A DNA stretch of 32,000 bases from Caedimonas varicaedens (GTDB lineage Bacteria > Pseudomonadota > Alphaproteobacteria > Caedimonadales > Caedimonadaceae): assembly GCA_001192655.1 (NCBI GenBank), contig BBVC01000074.1, positions 1-32,000 on the forward strand, given 5' to 3'. A program made the translations under genes and the position numbers. The notes beneath the pieces are model-generated. The model did not search any database. It was not told the origin of the DNA and saw only the letters and a list, made by a program, of their open reading frames with translations. Numbering within the stretch: the stretch's first letter is position 1; the number at the start of each line of letters is the position of its first letter. Positions 27,719 through 32,000 of the stretch are shown one piece after another.

Positions 27719-29275
27719 TCAGGTTTGACTAGTCTTTCGTTTCCGTTTTAAAACACTGCCTATATCATCATAGACAATCGCGCCAGCCATAAGACTGGTG
27801 AGGAAATACATCATTAGCCCCAGAAAAATAGTGGCTGCAAGGGCGCTTGTTTGCAACAGATGAGGCGTATCATAAGACCAATAGAATTGAATGCCACTGA
27901 GAAAACACCCCAGGACGAGGGAAGAAAAAATGATGCGTGGGAATCGGGACTTAAATCGTTGATCTAAAATTAACTGACGGCGCTTCCTGAGAAAAAAAGC
28001 AAGAACAGCCGCATTCAGCCAGGCAGAAATAGCCGTCGCCAAAGCAATTCCCACATGCCTCAAAGGGCCCATCAGCAACAGATTCAAAATCACATTCAGA
28101 ACCAGAGCCGCACCCCCTACCTGTGCAGGAGTACGCATGTCATAGTTTGCAAAAAAAGTTGTTGAGAAGATTTTTATCAATACATAGGCAGGAAGTCCTG
28201 AGGCAAAGGCTGTCAGTGTGCGAGCGGTTTCAATAACATCTTTATGATGAAACGCATCACGCTCAAATAATGCTGTCATAATCGGCTCAGAGAACGTCAT
28301 AAGAGCAACAGCCGCAGGCAAGGTAAGAATCAAGGCCATTTCAAGAACCCGATTTTGGGTATGATGGGCTTTTTCATGGAGATTCTGCTGAAGATGAGAG
28401 GATAAAACAGGCAACAATGCCGTGCTTAAAGCAATTCCAATAATACTGAGGGGAAGTTGATTCAGTCGATCGGCATAGTAAAGATAGGATATCGCACCGG
28501 TTGGAAGAAACGAGGCAATGACGATGTCGAATAAAAGGTTGATCTGTACTACACCTGCTCCAATAGCCCCAGGGATCATTGATCTGAAAAGCTTGCGGAC
28601 AAGAGGCGTCAGTCGCGGCTTTCTGAACCGCAGTGCAAGCGCCGCACGATGGGATGCCCAAAATACCCACAGAAATTGAAGAATACCCGCAACAAGCGCG
28701 CTGAAAGATAAAGCATGACCGGCTGATGGAAAATAAGATTTGCTAGAAAGAAGTCCTAAAATCATGGTGATATTTAATAGCATGGGCGCTGAAGAAGCCG
28801 CTGAAAATTTCCCATGCGAGTTTAAAACACCACTGATCAATGCAGCTAATGAAATAAAAAGAATATAAGGAAAAGTTGTCCGTGCAAAAACAACAGCCAT
28901 TTCCAGGCGTTCAGGTGTTGCGCTGAATCCTGGAGCAATAACCTTCATTAAAGTTGGCATGAAGATTTCAAAAACCGTCACCAGAATTATCAATATGATC
29001 AGCAATACAGCGAAGACCTCTTCCGCTGCCCGTTGGGCTCTTGCAAGCCCTTCACTTGCATAAAGGCGAGCGTATAGTGGAACAAAAGCCGAACTGAGAA
29101 CACCTTCTGCGAAAAGCCGACGGAAAAAATTAGGAAGTTTAAAGGCAGCAAAGAAAGCGTCTGCCAAAGGGCTGGCGCCCAACAAGGAGGCAATCAAAAT
29201 ATCGCGAATAAAGCCTAAAACCCGCGAAAGAGCTGTAAAAAAACCAATCGTAGAAATAGATTTAATGAGTTTCAA
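27719..29275 (-). CDS. murJ: Second MurJ/MviN-family flippase paralog
   Basis: LKLIKSISTIGFFTALSRVLGFIRD...FKLPNFFRRLFAEGVLSSAFVPLY and YYADRLNQLPLS. I place the likely start at TTG 29275. The 30 upstream codons of the track ORF (MRCVRCVYWF...) have no MurJ counterpart. Confidence 0.85.
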   Translation of the reverse strand: MKLIKSISTIGFFTALSRVLGFIRDILIASLLGASPLADAFFAAFKLPNFFRRLFAEGVLSSAFVPLYARLYASEGLARAQRAAEEVFAVLLIILIILVTVFEIFMPTLMKVIAPGFSATPERLEMAVVFARTTFPYILFISLAALISGVLNSHGKFSAASSAPMLLNITMILGLLSSKSYFPSAGHALSFSALVAGILQFLWVFWASHRAALALRFRKPRLTPLVRKLFRSMIPGAIGAGVVQINLLFDIVIASFLPTGAISYLYYADRLNQLPLSIIGIALSTALLPVLSSHLQQNLHEKAHHTQNRVLEMALILTLPAAVALMTFSEPIMTALFERDAFHHKDVIETARTLTAFASGLPAYVLIKIFSTTFFANYDMRTPAQVGGAALVLNVILNLLLMGPLRHVGIALATAISAWLNAAVLAFFLRKRRQLILDQRFKSRFPRIIFSSLVLGCFLSGIQFYWSYDTPHLLQTSALAATIFLGLMMYFLTSLMAGAIVYDDIGSVLKRKRKTSQT

Positions 29276-29423
29276 TGTTTCATGATCTCGCAAACTTCCC
29301 AAATAAATATAGATACCATTGGATGAGTCTATTGGGAACCAATAAACGCACCTCACACAGCGCACTTATTTTTTGATATTTATTGATAAGGTGATATAAG
29401 TTAAAAAAACATATGATACAGGT

Positions 29424-29468
29424 TTGCCAAGGTTGGGGTCGAGGGTTCAAACCCCTTCGCCCGCTCCA
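29424..29468 (+). pseudogene. Orphan 3' half of tRNA-Gly(GCC), from the anticodon loop to CCA; no 5' half present
   Basis: TTGCCAA (anticodon loop), GGTTG, GGGTC (variable loop), GAGGG-TTCAAAC-CCCTT (T arm), CGCCCGC (acceptor 3' strand), T (discriminator U73), CCA. This is the same segment layout as bacterial tRNA-Gly(GCC). The upstream sequence (..aaaaaaacatatgatacaggt) has no GCGGGCG acceptor strand, D arm or pairing anticodon-stem strand. Confidence 0.8.
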
Positions 29469-29590
29469 GTAAAATAACTCAAGTAAATTACCAGTTTACT
29501 GTTATTTGCCTTTAGTTATCTTGAAGGTAAGATTAAATCAATCCATACTGTTTATTATGATTTTAAGTATTCTGTTATAGAGACATAAAC

Positions 29591-32000
29591 ATGGGTGACG
29601 GGGTGGAATCAGTCAAAAAAAACGGTAAAGATCAATTGCTGGATGAGCTTGTCACCACTGTTTTCAAGCAAACTCAACCCTCTGAACACCTCCTTGTTGA
29701 TAAATTTATTCGCCAATTCAGCACAAATCCCACCTATGAAGACTTGCATAAAATTCCTCTTGATCGCTTGGCCACGGGCTTGTCTGACATGTGGGAATTT
29801 ATTAAGCATCGCACTCCTGGCGAGCCCAAAGTCAAAGTTTATTACTGGAAACCAGATTTTGAAACACCTCTTTCTGACCGCATCATCATTGATATTATTA
29901 ATGATGACATGTCTTTTCTGGTCGACTCTATTGTAGAAGTACTCCATAAGTATCAGCTCAAATCCCGTCGTATTATACATCCTGTTCTGAAAATGAAGAG
30001 AAATTCAAAAGGGTTTCTTACTCATATTTTTTCCTATGATCAAAAAGATGTCAGGGACGCAACCTTTGAATCCGTTATCCATTGCGAAATTGTCGAGCAT
30101 ATTTCACCTGATTTAATTTCCGAACTTCAGGACGAAATTCAGAAAGTTTTGACACATGTGCGTTTTGCAACTCGTGACTGGCAAAAAATGCGAACGCGCA
30201 CAGATGAAATTATAGAAGAAATAAAGCAAAATTCTGAAGCTGCTAAAAATAGTGAGAGCTTTGAAGAGACGATTAATTTCCTTGGATGGATGAAAGAAGA
30301 CCATTTTACTTATTTGGGCTATGGCGTATTCGATTTCACATCAAAGCAGGGGACATTATTGCGGCACTTTAATTGTCGTGATCCTCTAGGGATCTTGTTT
30401 GATGACGGGTTATGGGATTTAGGCAAGATCTTTAAGGGAATTTCCTTTAACCAACAAACGCGACACTATCTCTTTGATCCTCATCCTCTCATTATTAACA
30501 AGGCAAGTATTATTTCCCTTGTTCATCGGGGTGTTGCTCTGGATGCTATTGGCATTAAGCGTGTTGACTCTCAGGGGAGAATCATAGGTATTCACCTTTT
30601 CCTGGGGCTTTTCACATCCGTTGCCTATGACAGCAGCACACGGGATATCCCTCTTTTAAGGCGAAAAGTTGAACACATATTGGAATATGCAAACCTTTCT
30701 CCTAATTGGCATGATGGAAAAAGCCTTATTCATATTTTGGATTCCCTGCCGCGAGATGACCTTTTTCAGGCTTCTATTCCTGAATTAACAGCCATTGGAA
30801 TGGCCATTCTGGGACTACAAGAACGGCCGCGCCTGGCTCTTTTTGTGCGACGTGACCAGTTTAACCGTTTTCTATCTTGCCTTGTCTATGTGCCGCGCGA
30901 TCGATTTGATTCTGATTTGTGCGAGCGCATGGGAAATATTTTAGTACAGGAACTCAAGGGACGCCTGAGTGATTATAAGGCTCAATTTGGCTCTCTGGCT
31001 CTGGCACGCGTTCATTACATTCTTTATTTTGAAGACAAAGTTGCGGAAGAAATTGAGCCTTACCATATTGAACAAAAGTTGGTTATTGCCGCTCGTTCCT
31101 GGTTGGATGATTTTCGCATCCTCTTGCAAGAACGTTACGGAGAATACAAAGGTCCCAGGATTTATAACGAATACAGAGAAGCATTTTCAAAAAGCTACCA
31201 GGAACATTTCAAGGATCAGGAAATACTTGAAGATATAGAAGTCCTCCAGCGTATTCACATATCTGGAGAGCTTGAAGCGCGCGTTTATCGGATAAATGAT
31301 TTTTCTACGTATGAAGAAGAATTAAGATTAAAAGTTTATCACCCCAAAACGGCGATCCCGCTCTCTGATATTTTACCTATTCTGGAAAATTTAGATCTGA
31401 GAGTTATCAAGGAAAACTTTTACAGCATTACACCCAAAATAGTGACAGACTCTTTATGGATTCACGACTTTAAAATTGAAAATCGCAGCTCTCAAAATCT
31501 TGATCTCATACAAATATCAGAACAATTCCTGGAAGCATTTTACGCCGCACACAAGAAATTCATTGAGGATGATGGTTTTAACCGCCTGGTCTTAAGAGCA
31601 GGACTGACAGCGCGTCAATGTTTGCTTCTGCGTGTATACAGCAAATATCTTAAGCAGCTCCATTTTCCTTTTAGCCGTGAGTACATAGAGCAAACTTTGT
31701 TAAAATATCCGGAAATTACATCCAGGATTGTAACGCTTTTTGAACAAAAGTTTGATCCTGCTATTGCGATGGATAATGCGCCCTTAAAAGAAACAATCCT
31801 TGCAGAACTTGAAAAAGTAGAAAGTCCCGACGAAGACAAGATTCTCAGGCGTTATCTCAATCTTGTCGTAGCTTCACTGCGAACCAATTATTTCCAACTA
31901 CAGACAGATGGCTCTTTCAAACCTTATATTTCAATTAAATTTGATTCAACACAAATTGATGATATGCCTCTTCCTCGCCCCATGTATGAAATTTTTGTCT
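29591..32000 (+). CDS. NAD-specific glutamate dehydrogenase, large (about 1600-aa class, Bac_GDH); 5' part only, continues past the window
   Basis: Not in the ORF track because no stop falls within the window. I read the frame from ATG 29591 continuously through about 30310, again over 30300-30660, and at the last codons of the window, and saw no stop. About 31% of the frame, 30661..31400, went untranslated; 31401..31980 was also not translated codon by codon. MGDGVESVKK..., FLGWMKEDHFTYLGYGVFDF, SLVHRGVALDAIGIKRV and GLFTSVAYDSSTRDIPLLRRK are hallmarks of the family. Confidence 0.85.
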   Translation, partial: MGDGVESVKKNGKDQLLDELVTTVFKQTQPSEHLLVDKFIRQFSTNPTYEDLHKIPLDRLATGLSDMWEFIKHRTPGEPKVKVYYWKPDFETPLSDRIIIDIINDDMSFLVDSIVEVLHKYQLKSRRIIHPVLKMKRNSKGFLTHIFSYDQKDVRDATFESVIHCEIVEHISPDLISELQDEIQKVLTHVRFATRDWQKMRTRTDEIIEEIKQNSEAAKNSESFEETINFLGWMKEDHFTYLGYGVFDFTSKQGTLLRHFNCRDPLGILFDDGLWDLGKIFKGISFNQQTRHYLFDPHPLIINKASIISLVHRGVALDAIGIKRVDSQGRIIGIHLFLGLFTSVAYDSSTRDIPLLRRKVEHILEYANLSPNWHDGKSLIHILDSLPRDDLFQASIPELTAIGMAILGLQERPRLALFVRRDQFNRFLSCLVYVPRDRFDSDLCERMGNILVQELKGRLSDYKAQFGSLALARVHYILYFEDKVAEEIEPYHIEQKLVIAARSWLDDFRILLQERYGEYKGPRIYNEYREAFSKSYQEHFKDQEILEDIEVLQRIHISGELEARVYRINDFSTYEEELRLKVYHPKTAIPLSDILPILENLDLRVIKENFYSITPKIVTDSLWIHDFKIENRSSQNLDLIQISEQFLEAFYAAHKKFIEDDGFNRLVLRAGLTARQCLLLRVYSKYLKQLHFPFSREYIEQTLLKYPEITSRIVTLFEQKFDPAIAMDNAPLKETILAELEKVESPDEDKILRRYLNLVVASLRTNYFQLQTDGSFKPYISIKFDSTQIDDMPLPRPMYEIFV

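Noticed and set aside
29421-29468. The tRNA-like 3' end could be the acceptor piece of a two-piece (permuted) alphaproteobacterial tmRNA, or a permuted or split tRNA.
   Set aside because: The fragment has a plain UUGCCAA Gly anticodon loop and a U73 discriminator, not the A73/G3:U70 alanine identity of tmRNA. No matching GCGGGCG 5' strand, D arm or tag-ORF-like region occurs in the 120 nt downstream or anywhere I could find in the window.
1-32000. CRISPR arrays, long tandem repeats, integrases, toxin-antitoxin pairs, restriction or defence genes, secretion systems.
   Set aside because: I could not recognise any of these. The only repeats seen are the short A/T motif at 19231..19283, the oxidase relic, and small in-frame codon reiterations inside ispB (GDLNQ twice, about 21085..21120) and the AsmA-like gene (LTKGQ twice, about 14419..14465).

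Overview
This is a gene-dense, mostly housekeeping chromosomal stretch from an AT-biased bacterium. The gene families point to an alphaproteobacterium: an ELM1/DUF1022-like protein, an NDUFS4-like complex I subunit, an Nfu-type scaffold, an IalB-like protein, murJ next to trpS, and a giant NAD-GDH. That assignment is inference only.

Gene order:
- Left edge: possible transposase start (-), then amidase and dnaE (-).
- greA, ELM1-like, flavin amine oxidase, degenerate-GGDEF/EAL protein, DEAD-box helicase, radC (+).
- NDUFS4-like, bcp (-).
- AsmA/YhdP-like giant protein (+).
- tyrS, Bax-like glucosaminidase, nfu, NPPY methyltransferase (-).
- ispB, then rpmH-rnpA-yidD-yidC-engB plus an IalB-like gene (+).
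- trpS and two tandem murJ genes (-).
- Orphan tRNA-Gly 3' half, then a large NAD-glutamate dehydrogenase running off the right edge (+).

Three features are absent from the ORF track and were read directly from the DNA: rpmH (44 codons), the open-ended NAD-GDH gene, and the tRNA-Gly fragment.

I saw no CRISPR array, intact tRNA or rRNA, integrase, or recognisable defence, toxin or secretion island. I cannot honestly point to a convincing novel multi-gene system.

Best leads:
1. Two intact, diverged MurJ paralogs in tandem.
2. An orphan 3' half of tRNA-Gly(GCC), starting exactly at the anticodon loop, directly beside the extra murJ. It looks like an att scar.
3. A decayed 126-nt duplicate of the amine-oxidase 5' end in which all three FAD-motif glycines are mutated.
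4. An rnpA whose conserved N-terminus lies upstream of any canonical start codon and in frame with rpmH.

All family calls come from motif recognition by eye. No searches were run.
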